Of a stretch of 64,000 nucleotides of DNA, positions 37,888 to 49,840 are shown in pieces (within the stretch, counting starts at the first letter, position 1; every line of letters starts with the position of its first letter). The position numbers and the translations under genes were made by a program. The notes under the pieces are model-generated. The model searched no databases. It saw only the letters and a list, made by a program, of their open reading frames with translations, and was not told where the DNA came from. Source of the stretch: Candidatus Latescibacterota bacterium (GTDB lineage Bacteria > Latescibacterota > UBA2968 > GCA-2709665); NCBI GenBank assembly GCA_965205485.1, contig OZ242180.1:1632001-1696000 (forward strand), in the 5' to 3' direction.

Positions 37888-40374
37888 ATGATGAGCGCAC
37901 GGCAGCGGATCGTCCCGATGGACATCGGCGATGAATTGAAGAAGTCGATGCTGGACTACTCCATGAGCACGCTGGTGAATCGTGCGTTGCCGGATGTGCG
38001 CGACGGACTCAAGCCCTCGCAGCGGCGCATCCTCATTGCAATGAACGACCTGGGCCTGGGGCCCACTCGACAGCACAGGAAGTGCGCCAATATCGCCGGG
38101 CATACGTCAGGGAATTACCACCCTCACGGCGAGGAAATCGTGTACCCCACGCTGGTCAACCTGGCGCAGGACTTCAAGCTTCGCTATCCGCTGGTGGACG
38201 GGCAGGGCAATTTCGGCTCGATCGACGGGTATCCGCCGGCGGCGATGCGGTATACCGAGGCGAGGATGGCCGGCGCGGGCAGCGAGATGTTGCAGGACCT
38301 CGACAAGGACACGGTGGATTTCAACCCGAATTACGACGAAAGGCTCGAAGAACCCGCTGTCCTGCCATCCCGTTTTCCAAACATGCTCTGCAACGGCGCC
38401 GTGGGCATCGCGGTGACGATGGCGACGGCGATTCCACCGCACAACCTCCGCGAAGTGGTCGCCGGTCTGGTGGCGCTGATCGACAATCCCGATCTGGAAG
38501 TCCTGGATCTCATGGAATACATCAAGGGACCGGACTTTCCCACCGGCGGCGTGATTTACGGGATGAGCGGCGTGCTGGAAGCCTACCGTACCGGCCGCGG
38601 GTTGATACGGGTGCGGGCGACCGCCGCCGTGGAGACCTTGAATAACGGACGCGAGAACATCGTCATTACTGAAATCCCCTACATGGTGGCCAAGGCCGCG
38701 CTGCTGGAAAAGATGGCCGACCTGGTTCGGGAGAAGCGGGTCGAGGGAATATCGAATATCCGGGACGAATCCGACCGCAAGGGAATGCGGGTTGTGGTGG
38801 AATTGAAGCAGGATGCCTATAGCGAGGTGGTCCTGAACCAGCTGTACAAACATACGCAGCTGGAAAGCACGTTCGGCGCGAATATGATTGCGCTGGTGGA
38901 CAGGCAGCCAAGGCAGTTGAATCTGAAACAGGTGCTGCAGCACTATATCGATCACCGGCACGACGTGGTCGTACGGCGCACTTCATACGAGCTTCAGGTG
39001 GCGGAGGACCGCGCGCATATCCTGGAAGGACTGAGAATTGCGCTGGATGCCATAGAGGAAGTCATTCGAATTGTCCGGGGGGCGGCCGATCCGGATGCCG
39101 CCCGCTCGGTCCTGATGGAACGTCTGTCACTGTCCGAGAGGCAGGCGCAGGCAGTATTGACGATGACCATACAGCGGCTGACGGGACTCGAACACCGCAA
39201 GATCGAGGAAGAATACGAAGCGCTGGTTAACGAGATCGCACGGCTCAAGTCCATCCTGGACAGCAGGCAGGAGCGAATGGGGATTGTAAGGTCCGAGCTG
39301 GCGGAAGTAGAAGCGAAATACGGGGACGAACGGCGGTCCAGCATTGTCCTGTCCGCTTCGGAATTCAACATCGAAGACCTGATTGCCGACGAGGATATGG
39401 TCATCACCATATCTCATCAGGGATATATCAAGCGAATTCCGGTGGACACCTACCGGCAGCAGCGCCGGGGCGGGCGCGGGGTGACGGGGATGCGGACCAA
39501 GGAAGAGGATTTCGTGGAACACCTCTTCATCGCCTCCACCCACAGCTACATTCTGTTTCTGACGGATCGGGGTCACTGTCACTGGTTGAAGGTGCACGAG
39601 ATTCCCGAAGGCGGACGCGTTTCCCGCGGGCGTCCTGTGGTCAACCTGATCGAGATCGGCGAGGGTCACAAAGTGGCCGCCATCGTGCCGGTCAAGGCGT
39701 TTGACGACGGGCGTTATCTGATGAAGGTGACGCGCAACGGACTGGTCAAGAAGACGGTCCTGCCCGCGTACAGCCGGCCCAGGCGCGCCGGAATCATCGC
39801 GATGAACATCCTGGACGACGACCGGTTGATCGGAGCCGAAATCACGAATGGGTCACAGGAAATCGTGCTGGCAACCCGAGACGGTCAGGCCATACGGTTT
39901 CACGAACACGACGTGCGCGATATGGGGCGGGGCACCCGGGGGGTGCGGGGAATCTCCCTCGAGGATGACGACGAAGTGGTCTGCATGGTGGTGGTGCAGG
40001 ACGCAGACAGCACCCTGCTTACGGTTTCCGCGAAGGGATACGGCAAGCGGACGGGGGTATCGGATTACCGGCTGACCCGCCGCGGCGGCAAGGGCGTGAT
40101 CAACATCAGGACGACCGATCGTAACGGCAAGGTTGTGGCGGTGAGGGGCGTGGAGGACGAGGATGAACTGATGATCGTGTCCCTGAACGGGATCCTGATC
40201 CGGCAGCCGATCCACGAAATCAGCTCGATCGGAAGGAATACGCAGGGCGTGCGGCTGATCAATCTCGACGATGACGACGAGGTGATCGACGTCGCGCGCG
40301 TGATTTCCCAGAATAACGGGGAAGGTGCGGAAGGGCTTCCGCCGGAGACCGGCCCCAACGGAGACGTGCAATAG
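37888..40374 (+). CDS. gyrA: DNA gyrase subunit A
   Basis: RALPDVRDGLKP, YHPHG, AAMRYTE, GyrA-box QRRGGRG. Confidence 0.98.
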   Translation: MMSARQRIVPMDIGDELKKSMLDYSMSTLVNRALPDVRDGLKPSQRRILIAMNDLGLGPTRQHRKCANIAGHTSGNYHPHGEEIVYPTLVNLAQDFKLRYPLVDGQGNFGSIDGYPPAAMRYTEARMAGAGSEMLQDLDKDTVDFNPNYDERLEEPAVLPSRFPNMLCNGAVGIAVTMATAIPPHNLREVVAGLVALIDNPDLEVLDLMEYIKGPDFPTGGVIYGMSGVLEAYRTGRGLIRVRATAAVETLNNGRENIVITEIPYMVAKAALLEKMADLVREKRVEGISNIRDESDRKGMRVVVELKQDAYSEVVLNQLYKHTQLESTFGANMIALVDRQPRQLNLKQVLQHYIDHRHDVVVRRTSYELQVAEDRAHILEGLRIALDAIEEVIRIVRGAADPDAARSVLMERLSLSERQAQAVLTMTIQRLTGLEHRKIEEEYEALVNEIARLKSILDSRQERMGIVRSELAEVEAKYGDERRSSIVLSASEFNIEDLIADEDMVITISHQGYIKRIPVDTYRQQRRGGRGVTGMRTKEEDFVEHLFIASTHSYILFLTDRGHCHWLKVHEIPEGGRVSRGRPVVNLIEIGEGHKVAAIVPVKAFDDGRYLMKVTRNGLVKKTVLPAYSRPRRAGIIAMNILDDDRLIGAEITNGSQEIVLATRDGQAIRFHEHDVRDMGRGTRGVRGISLEDDDEVVCMVVVQDADSTLLTVSAKGYGKRTGVSDYRLTRRGGKGVINIRTTDRNGKVVAVRGVEDEDELMIVSLNGILIRQPIHEISSIGRNTQGVRLINLDDDDEVIDVARVISQNNGEGAEGLPPETGPNGDVQ

Positions 40375-40431
40375 TGTTCTGGGACAGAAATAGGTTGCCT
40401 GAATTCGGCAGTCGAGTCGCCCGTCTCGCAT

Positions 40432-40563
40432 CCCTTCGACAAACTCAGGAACCAGCGCATTAGCCCTGAGCCGCTCCCTGAGCTTGTCGAAGGGTCGGCG
40501 AAGGGATGTCGATTGGCCCATTGCGGATAGTGAAACGCGCGCATTTCGACAAGCTCAATGACC
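40432..40563. repeat. REP/BIME-like cluster (CCTGAGCTTGTCGAAGG family)
   Basis: CCCTTCGACAAACTCAGG, nested CCTGAGCTTGTCGAAGGG, CATTTCGACAAGCTCAATG between convergent gyrA/hom. Confidence 0.85.
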
Positions 40564-40590
40564 ACGTTTCTGTGAGCGAAGGTAACGCCG

Positions 40591-41922
40591 CTACAGCGCT
40601 TCGATGCGAAGGATCTGCGGCGGCTCGGTGATTACGGACAGTCGATCGATTTGTTGAACCGCCGTACGCATGCTGGCTTCCCGAGCCTCGTGCGTGGTCA
40701 TGATGAGCGGCACGGTCCCCTGCTCGGTTTCGGACCTGCCGTGCTGGATTACGGTCGCGATGCTGATTTTCTGCTCTGAAAAGATGCGCGCGATCCTTGC
40801 GAGTACGCCGGGTTGATCGTATACGGTAAACCGGCAATAAAAGCTGGTTTCGACGTCTTCGGGTGGAATTGCTTCCGCCTGAGGCAGATCGGCCAGAGCC
40901 GGACTGCCCGCGGCACGACCGGTCAGACGGCGTTCGGCCAGGTCCAGCAGATCGGATACCACGGCGCTGGCCGTGGGCATCTGTCCCGCGCCCCGGCCGT
41001 AGAGTACCTGAGGTCCGGCAGCATTCCCCACGATCTCCACGGCATTGAATTCATCCTTGATATTTGCCAGCAGTGCGCCTGAGGGCACCAGGACGGGGTG
41101 GACGCGCGCTTCGATCCGGCCATGGATTTCTTTCGCAATGGCCAGGAGCTTGATGGTATATCCAAGCTCCCTGGCGAAGTCTATATCCAGGGGAGAAACG
41201 TGCGAGATTCCCTCTTTTAGGATCTGCGAGGGATCCAGGCTGACGCGGAAGGCGATGCGGCACAGAAGGGCGAGTTTCTGGGCGACGTCCGTGCCGTCGA
41301 TATCCATCGTCGGATCCGCTTCGGCAAACCCCTTTTCCTGGGCCTTGCGGAGCATGCCTTGAAAGTCACCGCCGTTATCCGCCATCCTGGTAAGGATGTA
41401 ATTGGTGGTTCCGTTGAGAATCCCGTAAATGGACTGAATCCGGTTTGCGGCCAGGCCATCCGTGAGTGAACGGATAACAGGAATGCCGCCGCATACGCTG
41501 GCTTCGTAGCCAATGTTTGCGCCATTGCGCGCCGCGGCGCCGAACAGGTCGTTTCCGTGTTCCGCGAGCAGGGCCTTGTTCGCGGTGGCCAGGTCTTTGC
41601 CGTTCTCGAGCGCTTTCAGACAGAATCCCCTTGCGGGGTCGAGGCCTCCCATCACTTCCACCACGATCCGGATATCGGGATCGTCCACGACCTCGCTGGC
41701 GCTGGCCGTGAGGATTCCAACGGGCAGATCGCTTTCGCGCGATTTCGAGACGTCTTTCACGGCGATCCGCCTCAGGTCGAACGTCACGCCGCGAATGGAG
41801 CTGAAATAATCCGCACGCTGATTTAGAATGCGTACGACGCCGGCGCCGACGACGCCCAGGCCGATGAGACCGATACCGATGGGTCGGTGGTTGGGCATGC
41901 TGGAATCCATGCTCCTGATCAT
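40591..41922 (-). CDS. hom: Homoserine dehydrogenase with ACT domain
   Basis: GLGVVG, TANKAL, EASVCGGIP, GILNGTTNYIL, GRGAG, DQPGVLA. Confidence 0.97.
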   Translation of the reverse strand: MIRSMDSSMPNHRPIGIGLIGLGVVGAGVVRILNQRADYFSSIRGVTFDLRRIAVKDVSKSRESDLPVGILTASASEVVDDPDIRIVVEVMGGLDPARGFCLKALENGKDLATANKALLAEHGNDLFGAAARNGANIGYEASVCGGIPVIRSLTDGLAANRIQSIYGILNGTTNYILTRMADNGGDFQGMLRKAQEKGFAEADPTMDIDGTDVAQKLALLCRIAFRVSLDPSQILKEGISHVSPLDIDFARELGYTIKLLAIAKEIHGRIEARVHPVLVPSGALLANIKDEFNAVEIVGNAAGPQVLYGRGAGQMPTASAVVSDLLDLAERRLTGRAAGSPALADLPQAEAIPPEDVETSFYCRFTVYDQPGVLARIARIFSEQKISIATVIQHGRSETEQGTVPLIMTTHEAREASMRTAVQQIDRLSVITEPPQILRIEAL

Positions 41923-42080
41923 GCGTTGAAGTGGTTACCCGGAACTCGTTTCCACTGAGGAATACAGCCCGGGATACGGACGAAATTCCGATAACGGACC
42001 AATATAAGACAAAGGGCAGCCGGAGGCAAGGAGGGACACCCGATGAATCGCGCTCCGGCGTGGGATTTGCCTGAAAAGGC

Positions 42081-42109
42081 TTGACAGCATCAGGGGGCTG
42101 TGTTATCTT
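42081..42109 (+). promoter_or_regulatory. sigma70 promoter of tRNA-Asp
   Basis: TTGACA-17 nt-TATCTT, extended -10, GC-rich discriminator. Confidence 0.75.
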
Positions 42110-42157
42110 TACGCCCGCTCAAAATGCGGTAGATTCGGGCATGGGTACCAACGATGC

Positions 42158-42236
42158 GGGGTAGTAGCTCAGTATTGGTGAGAGTGCAGGCCTGTCAAGC
42201 CTGAGGTCGCGGGTTCGAGTCCCGTCTACCCCGCCA
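42158..42236 (+). tRNA. tRNA-Asp(GTC)
   Basis: Acceptor stem GGGGTAG/CTACCCC, anticodon arm CAGGC-CTGTCAA-GCCTG, T arm GGTTCGAGTCC, G73, encoded CCA. Confidence 0.97.
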
Positions 42237-42312
42237 TATAATGCGCTCGGAAGACCTCCTCTGACGCGTCCCGATGTTTCGCGGGATAGCGGATTCCCAC
42301 CACTTCCTTTCA

Positions 42313-42462
42313 GAAGCTGTCTTAAAATTCCCAGCGGTCTTCGCGCGGCTGCAAAAGCGGCGGTCGGCGTTGGGTATAGACAAATATGGGCGGATTTACC
42401 CGCCTTGACCGCCACTTTTTCGCTCGCGCTCGGGAACTCACCGGTAATTTTAAAACAGCTTC
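42313..42462 (-). mobile_element. MITE family 2, copy 2 (inverted)
   Basis: GAAGCTGTCTTAAAATT...AATTTTAAAACAGCTTC with TCA duplication; homologous to 22939-23126. Confidence 0.88.
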
Positions 42463-42629
42463 TCATGGGAGAGGGTGGTTTTTTTGTATTTGCATCGGTA
42501 ATGCCCGACTCAACGCAGGGTCGGGCCTTTTGGTGTTGGGGTTGGCCAGGGTATTCTGACCCTGGGCATTCGTCTCCGGCGTCTTTTCGTACGGAAGAGG
42601 GAACGCGAACGGGGTCCCGGGGAACTTGA

Positions 42630-45600
42630 ATGACGATCGAGCAGATATATGACAGGATGGTGAAGTCGCGGCCGTTCGAGGAACTGGCCCGTCTGGTCGA
42701 TGCGCGAACGCCCGAAATCCCCGTTCGCGGGCTCCCGGGCTCGCTGACCGCGTTCGGCATCGCCTGCGTTGAGGAAACCACAACGGGCCCTGTATTGGTG
42801 GTGTGCGCATCTGAGGACCGGGCGGAAGAAGCGCGAGACGATCTCGAACGGGTGCTGGGTTCGGCGCGTGTGGGCATGTTCCCGGTCTGGGGCGGGTCTC
42901 CGTACGACCACCGTTCGCCTCATCTCGACGTGATGGGGCTTCGGCTGGAGGCCCTGGATCAGTTGCGGGGGGCGGGCGACGGGGTTGTGGTTGCGCCGGT
43001 GGAAGCCCTGATGAGCCATACCCTGCCGCCCGACCTGTACGATCTGGCAGTTCAGGAGATCAGGGTCGGGGAGGAGGTCGCGCCCGATGGATTGGCGGAA
43101 CATCTGGTGGATATCGGCTATGAGCGCGTGACCCTGGTTGGCGGGGTGGGGCAGTTCAGCGTGCGGGGCGGGATCCTGGACGTCTGCTCGTTTGGCAGCA
43201 CACATCCGGTCCGCATCGAGTTCTTCGGCGACGAGGTGGAGTCGATTCGAGCGTTCGATCTGGGCACGCAGCGGTCTGTGGCCAGACGCGAAAACGTGCG
43301 GGTGCTGCCGTGCCGCGAGGCGGTCCTGGCGGAGACGTTGTCGGACGTTTTTGAGGAACATCTGGACGAAGCGGAACAGCAGCTTGGGATGGGCCTCGAT
43401 GGGCTGCGTGAGATGTTGGAGAGCGAGGGCGCATTCGACGGCCTCGAGCATTACCTGGGCGTGTTGTACAGGGACAACACCTGCCTGCTGGACCACGTTC
43501 AGGGAGGTTATGTCGTCGTGGACGACCCCGCGGCCGTGGAAGCGGCCGCGGCTGACGCCTGGGCGCGGGTGGAGGTGGCGGCGCGGCGCCAGAAGCGGAG
43601 GCGCGGAGAGCCGGAGCCGCTTCCGTCGCGCTCCGTCGCCCGTCATCCGGAGGCGACCCTGAAACGCCTGGCCGGCATGCGCAGGGTCCTGAACTGGCCG
43701 TTGGGCGGACCGTCGGAGGACGGCGTCCACTTCTCCGGCATCGGCGGGAGGCGATACGAGGGTCATCTGGATTCATTGAAGGAGGACCTGAGGAGACACT
43801 GGCAGGCGGATTACGAGGTGGTCCTGTTGTGCGAGAGCCAGGGCCAGAAAGCGCGGTTCGAAGAACTGCTCGAAGAAGAGGAGCACCTGATAACGATACA
43901 CGTGGGCACCCTGCACAGCGGCTTTACGTATACGTCCCCGACGGCGCGGTTGGCCGTGCTGAACGATCACGAGATCTATACCCTCACGCGCCGGCGGCGC
44001 CGTTACAGGCGATTCAAGGACGCCACGCCGATTCGCAGCATTTCGAGCCTCCGGACCGGCGATTTCGTCGTACACGTGGACCATGGCATCGGCCGCTACG
44101 AGGGTATCGAACATCTTGCGGTCGACGGGGTCCGGCAGGACTGTCTGACGATGGTTTATCGAGGCGGAGACCGGGTGTTCGTACCGGTGGACCAAATGGA
44201 CCGCGTGCAAAAATACGCGGGACAGGACGGAGTCGTTCCGGCACTGAGCAAGCTGGGTACGGCAGCCTGGGAACGCATAAAGGAAAAGGCCAGAAAGGAG
44301 GTCTTCAAGATGGCGGGCGAGTTGCTGTCTCTCTACGCGGAGAGAAAAGCAACGCCCGGAATCGAATTCTCGGATGACACAGCGCTCCAGCAAGCCCTTG
44401 AAGCTTCGTTTCCGTTCCAGGAGACGCGGGACCAACTTCAGACAATTCGCGAAGTAAAGGAGGATATGGAACAGTCGGCGCCGATGGATCGTCTGGTGTG
44501 CGGTGACGTTGGTTACGGAAAAACGGAAGTGGCGGTAAGGGCGGCGTTCAAGGCGGTGGCCGATGGAAAGCAGGTTGCGGTTCTGGCGCCGACCACCATT
44601 CTCGCGCAGCAGCACTATCGTACGTTTTCAGAGCGGTTGGACGGTCTTCCGGTTACAGTCGACGTGTTGAGCCGGTTCCGGACGCCCCGTGAGCTGCGGA
44701 CCGCGCTGGACGGCCTCGCCGCCGGGCAGGTGGACGTTGCGGTAGGTACACACCGCATGCTGTCTCAGGACGTCCGGTTTCGGGATCTGGGATTGCTCGT
44801 GATCGATGAAGAACACCGGTTCGGCGTGCGCCACAAGGAGCGGCTCAAGCAGGTTCGGCGGCAAGTGGATGTACTCACGCTGACGGCGACGCCGATTCCC
44901 AGGACGCTTCACATGTCCCTGATGGGCGCCCGGGATATGTCCATCATCCGTACGCCCCCCAGAGACCGGCTGCCTATCACGACCGAGGTCCTGCCGTTTG
45001 ACGAAGAGAGGATCGCGGAGGCGATTCTGCGGGAGGTTGACCGGGGGGGACAGGTGTATTTCGTCCACAACAGGGTACAATCGATGCCGGCCATCGTGAA
45101 TTTCCTCGAACAGCTCGTCCCGCAGGTGCGGTTCGGCGTGGCCCACGGTCAGATGCCGGAGAGACAACTCGAAAAGGTGATGATGGATTTTCTGGATGCC
45201 AGGTACGACTGCCTGATTTCCACGATGATTATCGAATCGGGATTGGATATCCCCAGTGTGAATACGCTGATCGTGAACCGCGCCGACCGCATGGGGCTCG
45301 CGCAGCTCTACCAGCTTCGCGGGCGCGTGGGTCGTTCGGCGCGGCAGGCGTTCGCGTTTCTTCTGATTCCTTCCTGGAAGTCGCTGAAAAAACCGGCCGT
45401 CCGGCGCCTGCGCGCCATCGAGGAATTCGCGGATCTTGGCTCAGGGTTCAATATCTCAATGCGGGACATGGAAATCCGGGGAACGGGCAACCTCCTGGGC
45501 GCGCAACAACATGGGCACATTACGGCCGTCGGCTTCGAGCTCTATTGCCGTCTGCTGGATGAGGCGATCGCCCAGATTCACGGCAACGAAACCGAGCCCG

Positions 45601-46040
45601 CCGCGGAGCCGGACGTGCAGGTGGCCGTATCCGCATATATTCCGGAAGCCTATATTTCGGACGAAGATCTGAAGATGCAGTTCTACCAGCGCCTTGGCGA
45701 CTGCCGGCAGACGGTTGAGGTCCTGACGCTCGAGGAGGAAATGGCGGACCGGTTCGGTCCGTTGCCCGGCCCCGCCGCGGCGCTGCTGGATACCGTATCC
45801 GTGCGGATACTGGCGAGGCAGCTGCGCGCGCACACGGTACGTACCGGACGCACGCTGTCGGTGGTATTTCCCGTCGGCCGGATGCTGACCAGGAAGCAGG
45901 TGGAAGCCTGGATCGCGGCCGCGCCCGTTCCACTCCAGTTTTCCCTGGGGGAGCAGGTGCTGATCGAGGCGGAGCTGGATGGCGCCGGCCCCAGGGAACG
46001 CCTTGCAAATGCCAAAAAGGTGTTGCAGAGCCTCGTCTGA
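42630..46040 (+). CDS. mfd: Transcription-repair coupling factor
   Basis: [46 protein letters not shown]. Confidence 0.98.
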   Translation: MTIEQIYDRMVKSRPFEELARLVDARTPEIPVRGLPGSLTAFGIACVEETTTGPVLVVCASEDRAEEARDDLERVLGSARVGMFPVWGGSPYDHRSPHLDVMGLRLEALDQLRGAGDGVVVAPVEALMSHTLPPDLYDLAVQEIRVGEEVAPDGLAEHLVDIGYERVTLVGGVGQFSVRGGILDVCSFGSTHPVRIEFFGDEVESIRAFDLGTQRSVARRENVRVLPCREAVLAETLSDVFEEHLDEAEQQLGMGLDGLREMLESEGAFDGLEHYLGVLYRDNTCLLDHVQGGYVVVDDPAAVEAAAADAWARVEVAARRQKRRRGEPEPLPSRSVARHPEATLKRLAGMRRVLNWPLGGPSEDGVHFSGIGGRRYEGHLDSLKEDLRRHWQADYEVVLLCESQGQKARFEELLEEEEHLITIHVGTLHSGFTYTSPTARLAVLNDHEIYTLTRRRRRYRRFKDATPIRSISSLRTGDFVVHVDHGIGRYEGIEHLAVDGVRQDCLTMVYRGGDRVFVPVDQMDRVQKYAGQDGVVPALSKLGTAAWERIKEKARKEVFKMAGELLSLYAERKATPGIEFSDDTALQQALEASFPFQETRDQLQTIREVKEDMEQSAPMDRLVCGDVGYGKTEVAVRAAFKAVADGKQVAVLAPTTILAQQHYRTFSERLDGLPVTVDVLSRFRTPRELRTALDGLAAGQVDVAVGTHRMLSQDVRFRDLGLLVIDEEHRFGVRHKERLKQVRRQVDVLTLTATPIPRTLHMSLMGARDMSIIRTPPRDRLPITTEVLPFDEERIAEAILREVDRGGQVYFVHNRVQSMPAIVNFLEQLVPQVRFGVAHGQMPERQLEKVMMDFLDARYDCLISTMIIESGLDIPSVNTLIVNRADRMGLAQLYQLRGRVGRSARQAFAFLLIPSWKSLKKPAVRRLRAIEEFADLGSGFNISMRDMEIRGTGNLLGAQQHGHITAVGFELYCRLLDEAIAQIHGNETEPAAEPDVQVAVSAYIPEAYISDEDLKMQFYQRLGDCRQTVEVLTLEEEMADRFGPLPGPAAALLDTVSVRILARQLRAHTVRTGRTLSVVFPVGRMLTRKQVEAWIAAAPVPLQFSLGEQVLIEAELDGAGPRERLANAKKVLQSLV

Positions 46041-46185
46041 ACGGATATATTCCCGGCCGGATACCGGGACAGAACATTCGGAACCGGACGACGCTCCGGT
46101 AGTCACAAATAGGAGCTGTCGCTCGCATGCAGAATCGTCCGGCGTAGGCCGTGGGGACGTACCTCGCAATCGGAGACGGAACACG

Positions 46186-47487
46186 ATGACAAGAAGCCAT
46201 CCAAAAGGCGCGTGGTTTGCATTGGCCGCGGCTGTGGCGCTGATATGCACGGCGAACGCCGCGGCAAAACCGCAGCTGCTGGATCAGATCGTCGCCGTGG
46301 TGGACGATCAGATCGTATTGCGTTCAGACGTGATGTCCAGCATGGCGCTGGTTGCCATGCAGCGGGGGCTGAGCCGGGAGGACCTCACGCCGGACAGGGT
46401 CAGTGAGTTGTTCGAGGTAATACTCGGGAACATGATCCAGGAAAAGCTCCTGCTGGCCAGGGCGGAACAGGACAGCATCGAGGTGGACGAGGAGGTCATC
46501 GAACGTGCGGTCCGTTCCCGCGTCCGGGAACTCAAGGCGGAACATGGCGAAGAGGCGTTTGCCGGCCAACTTGCCGAAGGGGGCGTAACAGAACGTGACC
46601 TGCGCGACCAGTACCGACAGGAGTTTCGGAAAGATTTTCTGAGACAGCGGATGTACACGCGCCTCAGCCAGCAGGTCGAAGTCTCGTTCAAGGACGTCCA
46701 GGGGTACAAGGAGCGCTACAAGAACGAACTACCCCCATTGTTGAGTATCAGTCATCTCCTGGTGGCTATCGAAGCTTCGGACGACCGTGCGGCGGAAGTC
46801 AGGGCGCAAGCGGACGCGATCATCGACCGCCTGAAAAACGGTGAAGACTTCGCGACCCTGGCGCAGCAGTATTCCAGCGACGCGGGAAGCCGGGAGGAAG
46901 GCGGCGACCTGGGTTATTTTCCGCGCGGACGCATGGTCCCGGCGTTTGAGGAGGCGGCCTTTGCGCTGCGGCCCGGGGAGATCAGCGCGCCGGTCAAAAC
47001 GAAGTTCGGTTACCATATCATCAAGGTGGAGGCAGCGTCCGGGGACCAGGTACGGGCGCGGCACATTCTTATTCCACTGCAGCCCTCGACGCGGGACGTG
47101 AAGACGGCCTACGACAAAGCGTTGGATCTGGCGAAACAGGCCCAGGCGGGAGAGGATTTCGCGGAACTGGCTCGAGAACATTCCGCGCACGAGGAGACCG
47201 CCAGGAAGGGCGGGCGGCTTCCCGGTCCGTTCTCTCAGGAGAACCTGCCATCCGAATTTTCGGACGTCCTGAAAACCATGCGCATGGGCGAAGTAAGCGC
47301 GCCGATACAATCGGAATACGGATGGCATGTCGTAAAGGTGAATGACGACCAGGACGCCGTGAAGGAAATCATGCAACAGGTCCGCCTGCAGGAGCGGTTT
47401 GAAGAGGTACTCTCGGAGACGCGCGAGCGTCTGTACGTGGAAGTTCGCCCGTACGATCTGGGTTACGGAAGCGGACCGCAGGAGTGA
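46186..47487 (+). CDS. surA: SurA-like peptidyl-prolyl isomerase
   Basis: Signal peptide, LDQIVAVVD, two parvulin domains ([15 protein letters not shown]). Confidence 0.88.
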   Translation: MTRSHPKGAWFALAAAVALICTANAAAKPQLLDQIVAVVDDQIVLRSDVMSSMALVAMQRGLSREDLTPDRVSELFEVILGNMIQEKLLLARAEQDSIEVDEEVIERAVRSRVRELKAEHGEEAFAGQLAEGGVTERDLRDQYRQEFRKDFLRQRMYTRLSQQVEVSFKDVQGYKERYKNELPPLLSISHLLVAIEASDDRAAEVRAQADAIIDRLKNGEDFATLAQQYSSDAGSREEGGDLGYFPRGRMVPAFEEAAFALRPGEISAPVKTKFGYHIIKVEAASGDQVRARHILIPLQPSTRDVKTAYDKALDLAKQAQAGEDFAELAREHSAHEETARKGGRLPGPFSQENLPSEFSDVLKTMRMGEVSAPIQSEYGWHVVKVNDDQDAVKEIMQQVRLQERFEEVLSETRERLYVEVRPYDLGYGSGPQE

Positions 47488-47549
47488 GGAAGCAGTGTCC
47501 GGCGGCGCAACGCTCCTCGAACAGGTCTCGGCAATGCGTTTTATTCGAT

Positions 47550-47822
47550 ATGCGGCTTGATTTGTACCTTAAGCGATGTTGTCTGACACGGCGGCGTTCC
47601 GAGGCAAAACGCGCCTGCGAGAACGGAATCGTCATGCTGGACGGTCGGCGGGCGAAGCCGGGTCAGCCCGTCGCGCCGGGCAGGCGCGTGAGCATTTCCT
47701 TTCTGGATCGATACCTGGAGCTGGAAATCCTCAAGCTGCCCGCCGGGAACGTCTCAAGGACGGAGGCCAGGACCTATTACGAAGTGCTTCGGGACGAAGC
47801 GCGCGAGGTCACTGATTTCTAA
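47550..47822 (+). CDS. S4-domain RNA-binding protein (RqcP/YabO/Hsp15-like)
   Basis: MRLDLYL...RRRSEAKRACENG...AKPG. Confidence 0.88.
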   Translation: MRLDLYLKRCCLTRRRSEAKRACENGIVMLDGRRAKPGQPVAPGRRVSISFLDRYLELEILKLPAGNVSRTEARTYYEVLRDEAREVTDF

Positions 47823-47852
47823 TGACACCCATCGACAGGACGTCAAGGCGTC

Positions 47853-47884
47853 AAGTCCGGCCCCGCGGGGCGGGGCTTTTTTTT
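47853..47884 (+). terminator. Rho-independent terminator
   Basis: GC-rich stem (GCCCC/GGGGC) followed by T8. Confidence 0.75.
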
Positions 47885-47955
47885 AGCGTACCCCGAGTCG
47901 AAAGTGCGCGGGCGTGTCGTTTGCCCTTTCGCTTTGACCTGCCTATATTGGATTT

Positions 47956-48771
47956 ATGTTCGGAAGAAAAAGGGAAAATCGCGTTGCGCAGCCCTACACC
48001 CGGCTTGCGGAAATTTATGATTATGTCATGCGGCACGTGGACTATGTGCAATGGGCGGACTACATTGAGGCCGTCTTTGCCAGACATAACGTTGCGCCGC
48101 CACGGGTACTCGACCTGGCATGCGGCACGGGCAGCATGGCATTGGAACTGCGAAAGCGGAACTACCGCGCATACGGAGCGGACAATTGCCGGGAAATGCT
48201 GGACGTGGCTATGGACAAAACGGCAAAAGCAGGACAAAACGTCGAATTCTTCCAGAAAAACCTGATGGACCTGTCCGGTCTGCCGCCGGTGGAAGCGGCG
48301 CTGTGTTTGTACGACAGCATGAATTACCTGATGACCATCGAGGACGTCGCCCAGGCGTTGAGAGAGGTCCACCGGATTCTGCTGCCGAACGGCATATTCG
48401 TCTTCGACGTCTGTACTGAAACGAACTCGCTGCGATATTTTCGCAGGCTGACGGATAAGGACGGCGGCGACGGGTTCACGTACGTCAGGGAGAGCTTCTA
48501 CAGGAAAGGGATCCAGTTCAATCGATTCGACATCAGGTTCAAACAGACGGACGTATCCGTGGAAGAGGAACACCGTCAGCGGATTTATGCGCTGCCGGAC
48601 CTATTGACCGTACTGGAACAGTCACCGTTTTCGCTGGAAGGGACCTACGATGGATTTGGTTTCTGCAGGCCTGACGAACATTCGGACCGGGTGCATTTCG
48701 TACTGCGCAAAGCCGGCGCCGGTAACGCGTTGGGGCGCGTGACGAAGGGTTCCGGGGACGTGACGGGATAA
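47956..48771 (+). CDS. Class I SAM-dependent methyltransferase
   Basis: VLDLACGTG, CLYDSMNYL, LLPNGIFVFD. Confidence 0.9.
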   Translation: MFGRKRENRVAQPYTRLAEIYDYVMRHVDYVQWADYIEAVFARHNVAPPRVLDLACGTGSMALELRKRNYRAYGADNCREMLDVAMDKTAKAGQNVEFFQKNLMDLSGLPPVEAALCLYDSMNYLMTIEDVAQALREVHRILLPNGIFVFDVCTETNSLRYFRRLTDKDGGDGFTYVRESFYRKGIQFNRFDIRFKQTDVSVEEEHRQRIYALPDLLTVLEQSPFSLEGTYDGFGFCRPDEHSDRVHFVLRKAGAGNALGRVTKGSGDVTG

Positions 48772-48798
48772 CCGGGTGGAAGGATACCAGACCTCACG

Positions 48799-49758
48799 AT
48801 GGATTATACCGCAGCCATATCTTTTTTTGAACCTGACGTACCGTATCTGCTTGCAACCCATGTCAATGCGGACTGCGACGGTATTGGGGGCCTCCTGGCG
48901 CTGAGGGAGATGCTCGTCCGGAAAGAGCGGGTTTGCAGGCTCATCGTCAGCGACGAGACTTTGAATCCGAAGTTTGCTTTTCTACCGGGATTTGAGCATA
49001 TTGAGTTGTACCGATCTCTTGCGCATCGACCGTCCTTTAACAGGGCGGTATTTGTGGACACGCCCACGCTCGACCCGCAGCGCGTGGGCGACGTTTGCCG
49101 GCTGATCGGAGAGCGCGCCAGCACGATGATTATCGATCATCACGCGGCCCGGAAGCCGGAGGGCGACGTCCGCATCGTCGATAGCGCGGCCAGTTCCGCC
49201 AGTGAGCTGGTCTATGGGCTGCTTCTCGCGGCGGAGGCGGAGATCGGGTCTGCGGTCGCCAACCAGATTTACGCGGGAATCGCTTTCGATACCAAGCTGT
49301 TCAGGGTTTCGCATCCGGAACGTGCGCTGAAGGTATGCGGCGAACTGGTGGATTACGGCGCGGCCCCGGAAGCGATTGCCGACGCGCTGTTCGCCCGGGA
49401 AAGCCTTGAAACCATGGTGACGCTGGCGGCCGCTCTGGGTACGCTGGAACTTCATTACGATGGCCGGGTGAATACGCTGGTGGTGGACCACGAGACGTAC
49501 CGGATGGGTGGCGACCCGGATCCCGTGGTGGACCACGCTATGGCAATCGACGGGGTTCAGGTGGCGGTGGTTCTGAAGGAAGAGGCACACGGTCGGTTCC
49601 GCGTCAGCCTGCGTTCGCGGGGCGGGGTGGATGTGAATCGAATCGCCGCAGCGTTTGGCGGCGGCGGGCACAGGCGCGCTTCGGGGTGCAGGATTGAAAA
49701 GCCCGTTGAAGAGGCGAAACGCCTGCTGTTGGCCGAAGTAGAGAAGCAATTGAACTGA
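48799..49758 (+). CDS. nrnA: DHH/DHHA1 phosphoesterase (NrnA-like)
   Basis: HVNADCDG, IIDHH, VSLRS, FGGGGH. Confidence 0.88.
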   Translation: MDYTAAISFFEPDVPYLLATHVNADCDGIGGLLALREMLVRKERVCRLIVSDETLNPKFAFLPGFEHIELYRSLAHRPSFNRAVFVDTPTLDPQRVGDVCRLIGERASTMIIDHHAARKPEGDVRIVDSAASSASELVYGLLLAAEAEIGSAVANQIYAGIAFDTKLFRVSHPERALKVCGELVDYGAAPEAIADALFARESLETMVTLAAALGTLELHYDGRVNTLVVDHETYRMGGDPDPVVDHAMAIDGVQVAVVLKEEAHGRFRVSLRSRGGVDVNRIAAAFGGGGHRRASGCRIEKPVEEAKRLLLAEVEKQLN

Positions 49759-49840
49759 TTCCGCACGATGCAGCCGCGCGGACACGACCTGCGGTCGGCC
49801 GTCTGACGCTCGTCCGGGTGAGGAGGAACGTCGTTCGCCA

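Noticed and set aside
42158..42630. Genomic island at tRNA-Asp
   Set aside because: No integrase and no duplicated tRNA 3' end seen; mfd follows directly
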